59,340 bases of DNA from an uncultured virus (IMG/VR IMGVR_UViG_3300025723_000019) (lineage: Duplodnaviria; Heunggongvirae; Uroviricota; Caudoviricetes), in IMG/VR virus record IMGVR_UViG_3300025723_000019, positions 62,001 through 121,340 of that record; one strand, given 5' to 3'. Of the stretch, positions 37,250 to 45,648 are shown piece after piece (the stretch's first letter is position 1; each line of letters starts with the position of its first letter). The notes under the pieces are model-generated. The model worked only from the letters and a program-made list of their open reading frames with translations. It ran no database searches and had not been told where the DNA came from. The position numbers were made by a program, and so were the translations under genes.

Positions 37250-38869
37250 TCAGTAGTTGTAGTGAGGTGCGCCACTGGGGAAGGACGAAGACACTGGAGC
37301 AAGCCCCGTGTCCCCTGCCAAATTGAGTGCTTGGTCAGTAGCCTCATTTGCGCCACGGCTTGCTCTAACGGCTGGGAAAGCGGCGTCAATACTTTCTTGA
37401 CCAATTCCCTTTTCAGCAGTCACTTTGGCTGCTTCTTCGTGTGCCTGAGCCGCCTCTGCGTGAAGTTCAGCGGCGTGACGCAAAGAACTGGAGGTAATGG
37501 GGTGCTGGCTATCTAAGGCTTTTTGAGCAAGGTCGCGCAACTTGCTAGACATATCACGGTGTAGCGATGCTGCGATTTCGTGCTGTGCCGACACACTCTC
37601 TGGGTCGGCTTCGTCATCGTGCTGAAGATGCAAGTTGTTTGCAATCTTTAGGTGGTCGTTCGCACTGCGTGCTTCGGCATACTGATTACCGTGGAATTCG
37701 TGGCCGGGAACGTCTCCCTTTTGCACCTTGACTTCGCTCTTGATAACTCCAGTACGGCTACCTTCCAAACGCTGTGTGAGCAAACCTACAACGGCATCGT
37801 GAGAAGCAAGTTTCGCTTGGCTATCAGCAACATCTTGCTTTGCCTCATAACGCCCATCGCCAACTTCTTGTAAGGCGGAGGGGATGCGGTTTAGTTGAGC
37901 AAGATAGTCCTTACTCAACTGCAAATCCTGTTCCAATTCGCCTCTTTGAGCGTCAATGTGTTCCTCAACGCTTTTAGATGGGTCTTTCTCAATGCGTTGG
38001 GCTAACCGACCAGCCAACAAGTATCGCCGCTTGTTCTCTGCGGCGTTTTTACCACCACGCTTGTCGTATGCGGAAGCGATGCTTCGCAGTGCTGTGGATG
38101 CCGCGCCGTGGGTGTATTGGTTTCCGTGAAACTCGTGTCCAACGACATCGCCTTTGGAAACATTGGCTGCTTCCTCGGCTTTCACCTCGGTATACTTGGC
38201 TCGCATACGAGCGCAGTCGGCTTCTGACTTGCAGGGCGGGTCGCCGTGCATTGCGTGCCAATCGTCGTGGTCTTGGTCGTGACGGATGACATCAGCAAGA
38301 CTTTCGCCCATACTCTTGGCAACGCCCGTGTCGAACGAGGTGCGGTTAAACGCTTGCTGCGACATCAAGAACGCACGGTGGGCTGCTCGCCACACCTTGT
38401 TCTCGGTATTCCACCTCGCCGGGAGAATCTGTCCGTGCTTCCCATCCCAGTGCTGGTCAACAACCACTGGGGCCATCATAAAAGCAACTCGCTGGGCATC
38501 CAAATGTGCGCCGTAGGCATCACCGTGGCCGGAAATGGCTTGGATGTAGCCAGTGGGGTTGGCTGCTTGGAGTTGCATTGCGAACTGACGGTGCTGTTCG
38601 GCCAAGTCCCCGTGCTTCTGGGCGAGAACGATGTAGTCCTCGTCAACAAGCGGAGGAACGCCGTTTTGGTGAAGCGTCGAATTCTCGTGGATGGCCACAA
38701 TCATTCGGGCATCGTTCATCAGTTGCCCGGCTGCTGCAACGTAAGGATTGGAAGCGTCAAAGTTTTCCGGCAGTTGGGCGTTTGGGTAGAGCGAACCCAA
38801 GTCCTTGGCCACCTTCACCCAATTGTTCTCGCCAAGGATTTCACCAACAGACTTGCAAAACTCTGACAT
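37250..38869 (-). CDS. tagged multi-segment helical protein
   Basis: VSKGDVVGHEFHGNQY and VQKGDVPGHEFHGNQY; HDDWHAMHGDPPC; HAAELHAEAAQAHEEAA. Confidence 0.7.
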   Translation of the reverse strand: MSEFCKSVGEILGENNWVKVAKDLGSLYPNAQLPENFDASNPYVAAAGQLMNDARMIVAIHENSTLHQNGVPPLVDEDYIVLAQKHGDLAEQHRQFAMQLQAANPTGYIQAISGHGDAYGAHLDAQRVAFMMAPVVVDQHWDGKHGQILPARWNTENKVWRAAHRAFLMSQQAFNRTSFDTGVAKSMGESLADVIRHDQDHDDWHAMHGDPPCKSEADCARMRAKYTEVKAEEAANVSKGDVVGHEFHGNQYTHGAASTALRSIASAYDKRGGKNAAENKRRYLLAGRLAQRIEKDPSKSVEEHIDAQRGELEQDLQLSKDYLAQLNRIPSALQEVGDGRYEAKQDVADSQAKLASHDAVVGLLTQRLEGSRTGVIKSEVKVQKGDVPGHEFHGNQYAEARSANDHLKIANNLHLQHDDEADPESVSAQHEIAASLHRDMSSKLRDLAQKALDSQHPITSSSLRHAAELHAEAAQAHEEAAKVTAEKGIGQESIDAAFPAVRASRGANEATDQALNLAGDTGLAPVSSSFPSGAPHYNY

Positions 38870-38876
38870 TTCGTTC

Positions 38877-40703
38877 CTACTTTCCGAGGGTGGGGAAGTT
38901 CTTCAAGGTTTGTTCGTCGGTGGGGAGGTCAACTTCCACGCCTGAACCGGTGCCGCCGATGGAGTATCCACGGATTTCACCCTTCTTGACGAGTTCCCAA
39001 GCCCAAGGCTCCCACTGAACGCCGAGGAACACAGTTCCGGCAGGGAACGCAGTCTTGGTGATTTGCCCAGTGTCGGCTTGAAGCATTGGAACTTCGATTG
39101 GGTGTGGCCACGTCAGGGCCTCAACCCACTTGCCAGCCACAATGTTCACATTGTGCTGAAGTCGAATGTCCCTGTCGCCGTTCTCCACATAACCCCAGAG
39201 TGCCTTTTGGAGTTCTTCGGGGTCAGTCCACTCGCCGTGGGCATCACTGCGGTTTGGAACGTACCAAGGGCCGAGCGTGTATCGCTTTTCGTCAGACTTT
39301 TGGATTTGGTTCGGGATTTCACTGGACTTCTGCATCAAGTTTGCGTCTTGCATCACTTCAGGCGCAGCCTCAGCGAGAACCGTCATATTCTTCGGCTTGC
39401 GAGTACGCATCTTCTTTCCACCAGACCAGTCTGGGGAATCAACGTGAACGCCACCAACACCGGGGCCGTAGTCCTTCTCAACATCCGAATCATCCGAATC
39501 GTCATCGTCGCTGGAATCTTCGTCGTTCTCGTAGCGTTCCTCATCCTCAAAGGGGTCATCCTCATCCTTCTTGCGACGGGACTTGTAGTAGGTGTCTGCC
39601 TCAGCCGAAGCCTGAATCAGCACAGGAACAATGTTGAACTTGCACCAGCCACTGGGGTTGCAGGTCACAGCCACCCAGTCGCACGAGTTGTTGTCGCCAC
39701 AAGCGACGCAGTTGGCGCAGGTGTTTCCGCTACCGATGTACGGGGAAGCGTCAGTGTAGGCAGCGTCGGTGGTCGGGATGCGACCCATCTGCTCAACGAG
39801 TTCGTCAAGACTGTCGGCCAATTCCACCTGCCACGGGTCAAGACCATCACGCCAGTCATCGCCAAGGGGCGATATTTCACTGGAGTTGTCTTCAGGAGCA
39901 GCGACATCCGGGGTCACCACGGCAACCATCGGTGCAGACATATCGTCACTTGACGAACTGCTGCTGCTGGACGAACTACTGCTAGATGACGAAGAAGAAC
40001 TGTCATCGTCGCTGCTGGAGGAACTGCTGGAACTAGACGATGAGGAAGAACTACTAGAACTTGACGAACTTGATGAGGAAGAACTACTAGACGAGGAATC
40101 CTCACTGTCCTCGCTAGAGGTGGAATCGTCAGACGAATCGTCTTGTCCGCCTTGGACTGCCTGAAGAATGGCTGCAACGGTGTTGGGGTCGAGGTTCACT
40201 TGCACGGCTCCATCGGTGGTGGAATCATCAGAAGAATCGTCGGGAGCGTTGTCAACCGGGCTGCTGTTGAACGTGAACGGGAACCCAATCGCCTTGTCCA
40301 ACGGCTCGCAGATGGAAGTTTCCACCACTGAGCCACAGATGAGACAGGGCTGCACACCGTCGAAGTCGTTCTTGCTCTTGGTGAACGGGTGGGGAACGTT
40401 GGCGAGGCCCTTAGCGATGTTTCGGCTGATGAGACGCTTTTCGGCGTTCGGAGACATATCTTCCTTGCCGAAGATGCGCTCGGAGAGACGCTTCCAAATG
40501 TGGTTGTTGTCCGTTTCACCATTGGGAACGATGACCAGTGCGACTTCGCCACTCTTTTCAATTGCCATCAAGTCGGCAGTGACGTGGCCCTCGGTCAAAA
40601 GGTCAGCAGCACCCTCACGAACGTCGGCAGGCAACGACTTGTTCACGACGATTTCACTGAGGGAAATGTCTGCCACCACATCCAGTACGTTCATTTGTTC
40701 CAC
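38877..40703 (-). CDS. XkdF-like prohead serine protease with long N-terminal extension (poly-Ser/Asp tract, HiPIP-like Cys cluster)
   Basis: C-terminal KRYTLGPWYVP..DAHGEW..EELQKA, IRLQH, WELVKKGEIRGYSIGG; follows the portal. Confidence 0.85.
   Translation of the reverse strand: MEQMNVLDVVADISLSEIVVNKSLPADVREGAADLLTEGHVTADLMAIEKSGEVALVIVPNGETDNNHIWKRLSERIFGKEDMSPNAEKRLISRNIAKGLANVPHPFTKSKNDFDGVQPCLICGSVVETSICEPLDKAIGFPFTFNSSPVDNAPDDSSDDSTTDGAVQVNLDPNTVAAILQAVQGGQDDSSDDSTSSEDSEDSSSSSSSSSSSSSSSSSSSSSSSSSSSSSDDDSSSSSSSSSSSSSSSSSSDDMSAPMVAVVTPDVAAPEDNSSEISPLGDDWRDGLDPWQVELADSLDELVEQMGRIPTTDAAYTDASPYIGSGNTCANCVACGDNNSCDWVAVTCNPSGWCKFNIVPVLIQASAEADTYYKSRRKKDEDDPFEDEERYENDEDSSDDDDSDDSDVEKDYGPGVGGVHVDSPDWSGGKKMRTRKPKNMTVLAEAAPEVMQDANLMQKSSEIPNQIQKSDEKRYTLGPWYVPNRSDAHGEWTDPEELQKALWGYVENGDRDIRLQHNVNIVAGKWVEALTWPHPIEVPMLQADTGQITKTAFPAGTVFLGVQWEPWAWELVKKGEIRGYSIGGTGSGVEVDLPTDEQTLKNFPTLGK
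39950..40140 (-). repeat. poly-Ser/Asp low-complexity tract
   Basis: Two long Ser runs encoded by mixed TCN/AGY codons. Confidence 0.9.
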
Positions 40704-40760
40704 GGGCCTTTTTCTCCTTGCGCGCTTGGGGTAAATGCTATCCTATGTTTAGGAAATGGC

Positions 40761-40874
40761 CTATCGCTTTTGGGAGCGAACCGGTGCTGATACGGTGCCT
40801 CGTGCCGAGCCAACCCTGATTGCTGGCTTCTTCTTTGGCTTTGACGCTTTCACCTTGCGAATATGAATCGTCAC
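40761..40874 (-). CDS. 37-aa highly basic peptide (below ORF-track cutoff)
   Basis: GTGA overlap with the portal stop; MTIHIRKVKASKPKKKPAIRVGSARGTVSAPVRSQKR. Confidence 0.45.
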   Translation of the reverse strand: MTIHIRKVKASKPKKKPAIRVGSARGTVSAPVRSQKR

Positions 40875-42511
40875 GAAGTCGGCCCTTGGTTGTTGGTAAG
40901 AGGCCCGTTTACGCCAGTTGGTTTCTTGTTGCCACCCTTACCTGATGGTGGAACCTGCCCAGTTTCGCCGGGATAGCCCTGACTGGAGATGTCGGCTTGG
41001 ATTCCACTACCACCCGACTGGTCGTTCAGACCGCCTTGGGGATTCTTCACGCCAGATGAGACGGTATTGGATTGTGGTGATGAGGAACGGCTGCCCGTGT
41101 TGGTTGCAACGAACTTGCCCTTGGCATCCTGCATCGCCGGGTCGGGGGCGATTTGGTTTCCACCATAACGAACGTTGTCGGCAAGACCGTTCGGCTCAGG
41201 CTGGAACAACGGAAGTCCGGCCAACTCACGCAGGTAGTCTTCCAAATTGTTGTCCGGGGTGAGCAATTGTGCTGTTGACAGGTTGGCGAGGAAGCCACCG
41301 AGTTCGTTCAGGTCAATGGCGTTCACCTGACCGTAGGTCAAGTTGGGGCAGCGAGCCGTGTCGAAGCCGTTCAGGGCCATAAGGCGTGGGATGGCGTGGC
41401 TGTTGAAGACCTCGGCAATCAGTCGAATCCACGATTCCACCGCAGCCATAAACAGGTCAACTTTGGAAGCACCCAGAGCGAACGAACCGACGCTCTCGTG
41501 GCCGAGCATAATGAAGTCGGCCAGACAGGTCATCGCAATTTGCTGGTTGTATCGGGTAATGATTTGGTCAGTGTTGAACTGACGTGCGCCACCGGAGTTC
41601 AGCAACTTGAAGTCCACGAGTTGCTTGCCGTTCTCATCGAACATCATCGGGAGGATTACACCCTCAGTTTCGTTGCGCTTTACACCACGGACAATGCGCT
41701 CCATAGCGTTGAGCGAAGCCCTTTCAGCAGGCGTAGCAGTCGCACTCATCCATTCGGCTGGGACGTAGCCAACCGGAAGCCCGGCGAGGTCACGTTCCAC
41801 CCCAACGGCTTCAAATTCTTCAATACGACGCTTGTAGTACCACGACTTGAACGAGTTTCGCAGGATGGAGCGACCTTCCGGGTTGCCTCGTGCTGAAGTC
41901 GTACGGAACAGTAGGGCCTTCTCAATGGGGATGACGTTCAGGCGACCCGTGGTGGGGTCACGTTGAATCATCGCTTTTACACCACCGGATTCATCGAACT
42001 GCCACTGCCAAAGGCTGTCTTGCGCTCGCATTGCAATCTTGCGCCAGCCAACCTTGTTGTCGCTGTACTTGGAGCGCAGGCTGGGGTCTTTCTGGTCTGG
42101 CCCCTTGCGCTGCTTGTAGACGATTTCAAAGTACGACCAGCCGTAGGTCAAAAACGACACAATGGCAATCATCAACTCGTGCCACGAATGGGACATATCG
42201 TCCATACATTCCTGTACGAAGATGGCAGCAGCATTGTCGGTATCAAGTGGTGTTTCGCCAGTCGGGTCGCTGTAGGGGTCTACACGCCAGTCCACCTGAA
42301 GAATGACGCGCTCAACGGCAAAGAGAATCGCCCCGATAATCGGGTCGTTTTCAGCCATATCCCGGTAGGCAGTGAGAGACTGTCGGCCTCGGAGTTGAGG
42401 CAGGATATCGTCAATGACGAATCCACCCGTGCGCCACAGACCAGTGGCACCGAGTTCGCTAAAGTTATCTACCTGTGGAAGCGGGTCGTTTGGATTTGGA
42501 TTATCTGGCAT
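40871..42511 (-). CDS. portal protein (Mu gp29/DUF935-like)
   Basis: YRDM..NDPIIGAIL, YGWSYFEIVYK, GNPEGRSILR, EAVGVERDLAGLPV, GSFALG. Confidence 0.88.
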   Translation of the reverse strand: MPDNPNPNDPLPQVDNFSELGATGLWRTGGFVIDDILPQLRGRQSLTAYRDMAENDPIIGAILFAVERVILQVDWRVDPYSDPTGETPLDTDNAAAIFVQECMDDMSHSWHELMIAIVSFLTYGWSYFEIVYKQRKGPDQKDPSLRSKYSDNKVGWRKIAMRAQDSLWQWQFDESGGVKAMIQRDPTTGRLNVIPIEKALLFRTTSARGNPEGRSILRNSFKSWYYKRRIEEFEAVGVERDLAGLPVGYVPAEWMSATATPAERASLNAMERIVRGVKRNETEGVILPMMFDENGKQLVDFKLLNSGGARQFNTDQIITRYNQQIAMTCLADFIMLGHESVGSFALGASKVDLFMAAVESWIRLIAEVFNSHAIPRLMALNGFDTARCPNLTYGQVNAIDLNELGGFLANLSTAQLLTPDNNLEDYLRELAGLPLFQPEPNGLADNVRYGGNQIAPDPAMQDAKGKFVATNTGSRSSSPQSNTVSSGVKNPQGGLNDQSGGSGIQADISSQGYPGETGQVPPSGKGGNKKPTGVNGPLTNNQGPTS

Positions 42512-42884
42512 CCCTGCTCCGTGCGTCAATGGCTTGGCTAGCCTCTATAAGGCTACTACCGGATTTCACTGCTGCCACGATGCGTCTGCGTTGGCTCAGT
42601 GAATGGCCGCCCCAGATACCGAACTGCTCGTCAATTCCGACTTCCAAACATTTGTAGCGCACTGGGCAGGCAAGACAGAACTTCCGAGCCGGGATGAGGT
42701 GTTTCCCGCCCGGAGTTTCGTGTCGCTCAGGGAAGAACAGGTCAATATGGTCGGCCTTTGGAACGCTGCGACAGGCTGCTTCGTCAGTCCAATCTGGCCT
42801 CTTTACTGCGCTGTAAAGGTCGAAGTCCAAGTAGATGAGGTCAATGTCCTCGTACTGGGCCTTCAAGTTCCTGTCCACGTCCAA
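42501..42884 (-). CDS. whiB: WhiB family transcription factor
   Basis: W...AAC, LFFP, CLACPVRYKC, GIWGG. Confidence 0.9.
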   Translation of the reverse strand: MDVDRNLKAQYEDIDLIYLDFDLYSAVKRPDWTDEAACRSVPKADHIDLFFPERHETPGGKHLIPARKFCLACPVRYKCLEVGIDEQFGIWGGHSLSQRRRIVAAVKSGSSLIEASQAIDARSRDAR

Positions 42885-43094
42885 CTAAAAGTCCCCTTCG
42901 TAGATTGAGCAGAAAGCCAAGAACTTCAGGGCTTGGTTTTCAGTAAACCCTGCATCCATCAAGGATTGGAACGCTTCTTGCATCTCTACAAAGGCGAGGG
43001 TTAGTGGTGATGGTTCATCGCCAGCGAACGGGTTCGTGATGTCCTTATCGAAGTCATCGTCGTTTGGCTCAGGCAAATCCACATTCCAAAACAT
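42885..43094 (-). CDS. conserved small actinophage protein
   Basis: EMQEAFQSLMDAGFTENQAL. Confidence 0.65.
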   Translation of the reverse strand: MFWNVDLPEPNDDDFDKDITNPFAGDEPSPLTLAFVEMQEAFQSLMDAGFTENQALKFLAFCSIYEGDF

Positions 43095-43114
43095 ACAACA
43101 TTTAGAAATGTTGT
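43095..43114. promoter_or_regulatory. perfect inverted repeat at the head of the whiB-portal gene run
   Basis: ACAACATTT-AG-AAATGTTGT abutting the start codon. Confidence 0.5.
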
Positions 43115-43137
43115 GCTAGGGAGTTGCCCGGACGTGC

Positions 43138-43170
43138 AAAAACCACCCAGTCCGAAGAAAGGGTGGCTTT
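43138..43170 (-). terminator. intrinsic terminator after ssb
   Basis: CCACCC...GGGTGG stem with a T-run on the minus strand. Confidence 0.55.
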
Positions 43171-43211
43171 GCTGGTAAGTGCCTTACGGTCACTCCCGAA
43201 TGGTCAAAGGA

Positions 43212-43676
43212 CTAGAACGGCTCGTCCTCAAAACGCTGGTTGTCGGCTCGGTTAGAGCCAAACGACGTGCGTGTGGTGTTGCTGCCAGAGTTGTAGCCAG
43301 AGTTTCCACCATCGGTGGTGCGCTCGTTCTTGGTCACAACTGCGCTGGCGTACTTCAGGGAAGCGGCGACTTCATCAACGATGACCACCAACTTGGAACG
43401 CTTGGCTCCAGTCTCCTTGTCTTCCCAGTTCTCCTGCTCAACTCGGCCAGTCACGACGAGCCGGGTTCCCTTGGTCACGGAGCCTGCAATGTTTTCAGCA
43501 AGTTCCTTGAACGCGGTGCAGTCGAAGTAGGAAGCCTCGGTTTCCCATTCTCCGTTGGCGTTCTTCTTGTTCTTGTTCACCGCGAGGGAGAACGGCAAGT
43601 AAGAAACCCCACCCTGACTGACCTTTAATTCCGGGTCACGGGTGAGGTTGCCGATGAGTGTGATGTTTGCGGGCAT
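43212..43676 (-). CDS. ssb: single-stranded DNA-binding protein
   Basis: ITLIGNLTRDPEL, LAENIAGSVTKGTRLVVTGR, acidic EDEPF tail. Confidence 0.95.
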   Translation of the reverse strand: MPANITLIGNLTRDPELKVSQGGVSYLPFSLAVNKNKKNANGEWETEASYFDCTAFKELAENIAGSVTKGTRLVVTGRVEQENWEDKETGAKRSKLVVIVDEVAASLKYASAVVTKNERTTDGGNSGYNSGSNTTRTSFGSNRADNQRFEDEPF

Positions 43677-43699
43677 AGAACCCTCTCCTATCTTGGTTG

Positions 43700-43960
43700 T
43701 TATTGCTTGGGTTGACGCTCATCCTTCAGTAAAGAACGAACTGCGTTAATTGTAGCAAGGTTCTTGGCCACTTGTCCACCCCGGTTGGCTGCCAATTGTT
43801 GGCGCACTTCCATCTTGGGCAGTCCGGTCATTTCCACCAGCCACTCCACGGCTTGGTTCAGCATCGCAAGTCGCAGGTTGTCCAACGAGATGCCTGCTCG
43901 CAGCCCTTCCTCTAGGGCGATGCACCGGATTTCACTGGATTCGATGGGGAGATTTTCCAT
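43700..43960 (-). CDS. hypothetical protein
   Basis: 86-aa ORF in the minus-strand gene run. Confidence 0.5.
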   Translation of the reverse strand: MENLPIESSEIRCIALEEGLRAGISLDNLRLAMLNQAVEWLVEMTGLPKMEVRQQLAANRGGQVAKNLATINAVRSLLKDERQPKQ

Positions 43961-44034
43961 TGGGCTTCCAAACGTGTTGGTTTCCCTAAGGCTACACGAC
44001 CTTCCAAAAGTAAGGGGGGTTCATCAAGGTGATT

Positions 44035-44586
44035 TCATCCCAGCCAGTCGTGCAATTCCTTGAACCGGTCTTCGCCCAGCCACGCCTTGAACTCATCCAC
44101 TTGCTCGGTAGGAACCGAGATTCCGATACCGGTAGAAAAGACGTTGCTCGTGGTTTCGCAGGCCAAGGCCACAGGGACAGGCGTGTGCTGAAGCGTCTCC
44201 TGCACCCAGTCGTTGAACAGGGCCTTACGCCTCACGGTTTCGTCGGGCATCCCGGTAGTCCAGCCGGACAAGATTTCGGTGTAGCCCTCAACTGAGGTTT
44301 CCGTGTGGCCACGATGGGCGTTGGTTGCCTTCCAGTACGAGGTGATTTTGGGGGTTGTCCATTCCTCGTAGTTCTCGCCATCCACGATGAACCACGAACC
44401 GACCAAGACCTTGGTTGGTTCTTCCTCACCGGGGGTGAACAGCAGCAGCGTGGAGCCTTCGTTAATGTCTGCGCTGTGGCACTGCTCGCAGTAGGTGTTC
44501 TCGTCTCGGCCTATTCCGTACCAATCCTCATCGGGGTTGATTTCGGATTCGCAAAAGGCGCACGTTATGACAGTTGCTTCTTCCAT
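44035..44586 (-). CDS. hypothetical protein with N-terminal Zn finger
   Basis: CAFC...YCEQC; GAGG RBS. Confidence 0.6.
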   Translation of the reverse strand: MEEATVITCAFCESEINPDEDWYGIGRDENTYCEQCHSADINEGSTLLLFTPGEEEPTKVLVGSWFIVDGENYEEWTTPKITSYWKATNAHRGHTETSVEGYTEILSGWTTGMPDETVRRKALFNDWVQETLQHTPVPVALACETTSNVFSTGIGISVPTEQVDEFKAWLGEDRFKELHDWLG

Positions 44587-44722
44587 TGGTTAGTTCCTCT
44601 CGTTGCAGATGGGGCATCGGTTCCAGCACGGCTCGTTGACCTGAGCGCAGGATTCGATTAACTCAGGATTGCGATGGTGGATGGAACACCGGGGGCAGAT
44701 GCTCGCCAGTTGGCGAAGCAGG

Positions 44723-45076
44723 CTAGGGGACGGTGATTCGGTGTGAGGCTGCAAGGGTTCGCAGTGCGTCAATGTGGGCCTGTGCAGCGCGCAGGGCCTC
44801 TCTAAGGGTTGACAGGTTGTTGGCTGCAAGCAGGTGGGCGTATCGCTCGTCTTCAGTGTTGACCGTGGCGATGTCATCCACGGCATCCACGGTGGACTTC
44901 TCCCCTCTGCTGAACGCATCGTGGCGAGCGAGCAGGCGTTCCCGCGAGAAGCGCACCTTGAAGTCGGCCTCGGCTTTTGCTGTTGTTACGGCTGCTGCAC
45001 GGATTTCGTCAACAAGACTTTCCATCCGTTCAACCTCTGCTTCGATGGCTACGGCAATCTGCGCTTGGGTCAACAT
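44723..45076 (-). CDS. helical protein, possibly UvsY-like
   Basis: AKAEADFK...STVD...LRA...IDALRTL pattern. Confidence 0.45.
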   Translation of the reverse strand: MLTQAQIAVAIEAEVERMESLVDEIRAAAVTTAKAEADFKVRFSRERLLARHDAFSRGEKSTVDAVDDIATVNTEDERYAHLLAANNLSTLREALRAAQAHIDALRTLAASHRITVP

Positions 45077-45144
45077 TGAGGCACCTCGGTATCGGTATCG
45101 GTGTAGGCCACTTTAGTCTCTGACCGGTGGTGATGCAAGTTGGG

Positions 45145-45375
45145 TCAGTCGCCCACTCGTGGGGCGAGCCACCAGTCACGGTGCTTGATTTTGGAGTTGG
45201 CCATAAACTTCTCCACGATTCCCCAGCCTGCTTTGATGGCTGCGTCAAACGTGCTGAAGTCCCCACCGCGCTTGTAGGTGGTGCCGTTGGGTGCGACCAC
45301 TTGGTAGCCGTAGCGGTTGTTGGGCTTCACGGTGGCGATGGACTGCCACTTGCCGGTGTAGAAAGAATCGGTCAT
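45145..45375 (-). CDS. hypothetical protein
   Basis: ATGA overlap with the upstream gene. Confidence 0.5.
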   Translation of the reverse strand: MTDSFYTGKWQSIATVKPNNRYGYQVVAPNGTTYKRGGDFSTFDAAIKAGWGIVEKFMANSKIKHRDWWLAPRVGD

Positions 45376-45554
45376 TGCTCGCTCCTGTTCTGTCGGCAGG
45401 CCTTCCGGCTTGCCTCTCGCTTCTTGTTGGGGATGGTGACTGCGTTCCCCCCACGCCACTCGGTGAGGCTCCCACCGTTGGCGAAGTGGGCATTGCGCCG
45501 TGCTGAACGGATGAGGTTCACGTCGCTCTGTGTGGTCTTCTTTTGCTTTGCCAT
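45372..45554 (-). CDS. small basic protein, leaderless
   Basis: WRG..VTIPNKKREASRKACR; promoter 6 nt upstream. Confidence 0.65.
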   Translation of the reverse strand: MAKQKKTTQSDVNLIRSARRNAHFANGGSLTEWRGGNAVTIPNKKREASRKACRQNRSEQ

Positions 45555-45560
45555 ACCCTA

Positions 45561-45589
45561 ATCCTACATTAAGGCTGTGGCATCGTCAA
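45561..45589 (-). promoter_or_regulatory. promoter (family member)
   Basis: TTGACG-N17-TAGGAT followed by TAGGGT. Confidence 0.7.
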
Positions 45590-45600
45590 GACCCAAAGCC

Positions 45601-45632
45601 AAAGAACCCCTGCCAACTTCGACAGGGGTTCC
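45601..45632 (-). terminator. intrinsic terminator
   Basis: GAACCCCTG...CAGGGGTTC then TTT on the minus strand. Confidence 0.65.
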
Positions 45633-45648
45633 CGGCTGGTGGTGATGC

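Noticed and set aside
20447..38869. Tag repeats as a DNA repeat, CRISPR-like array, intein or DGR target
   Set aside because: Copies are in frame, irregularly spaced and differ at synonymous positions. No intein termini and no reverse transcriptase were seen.
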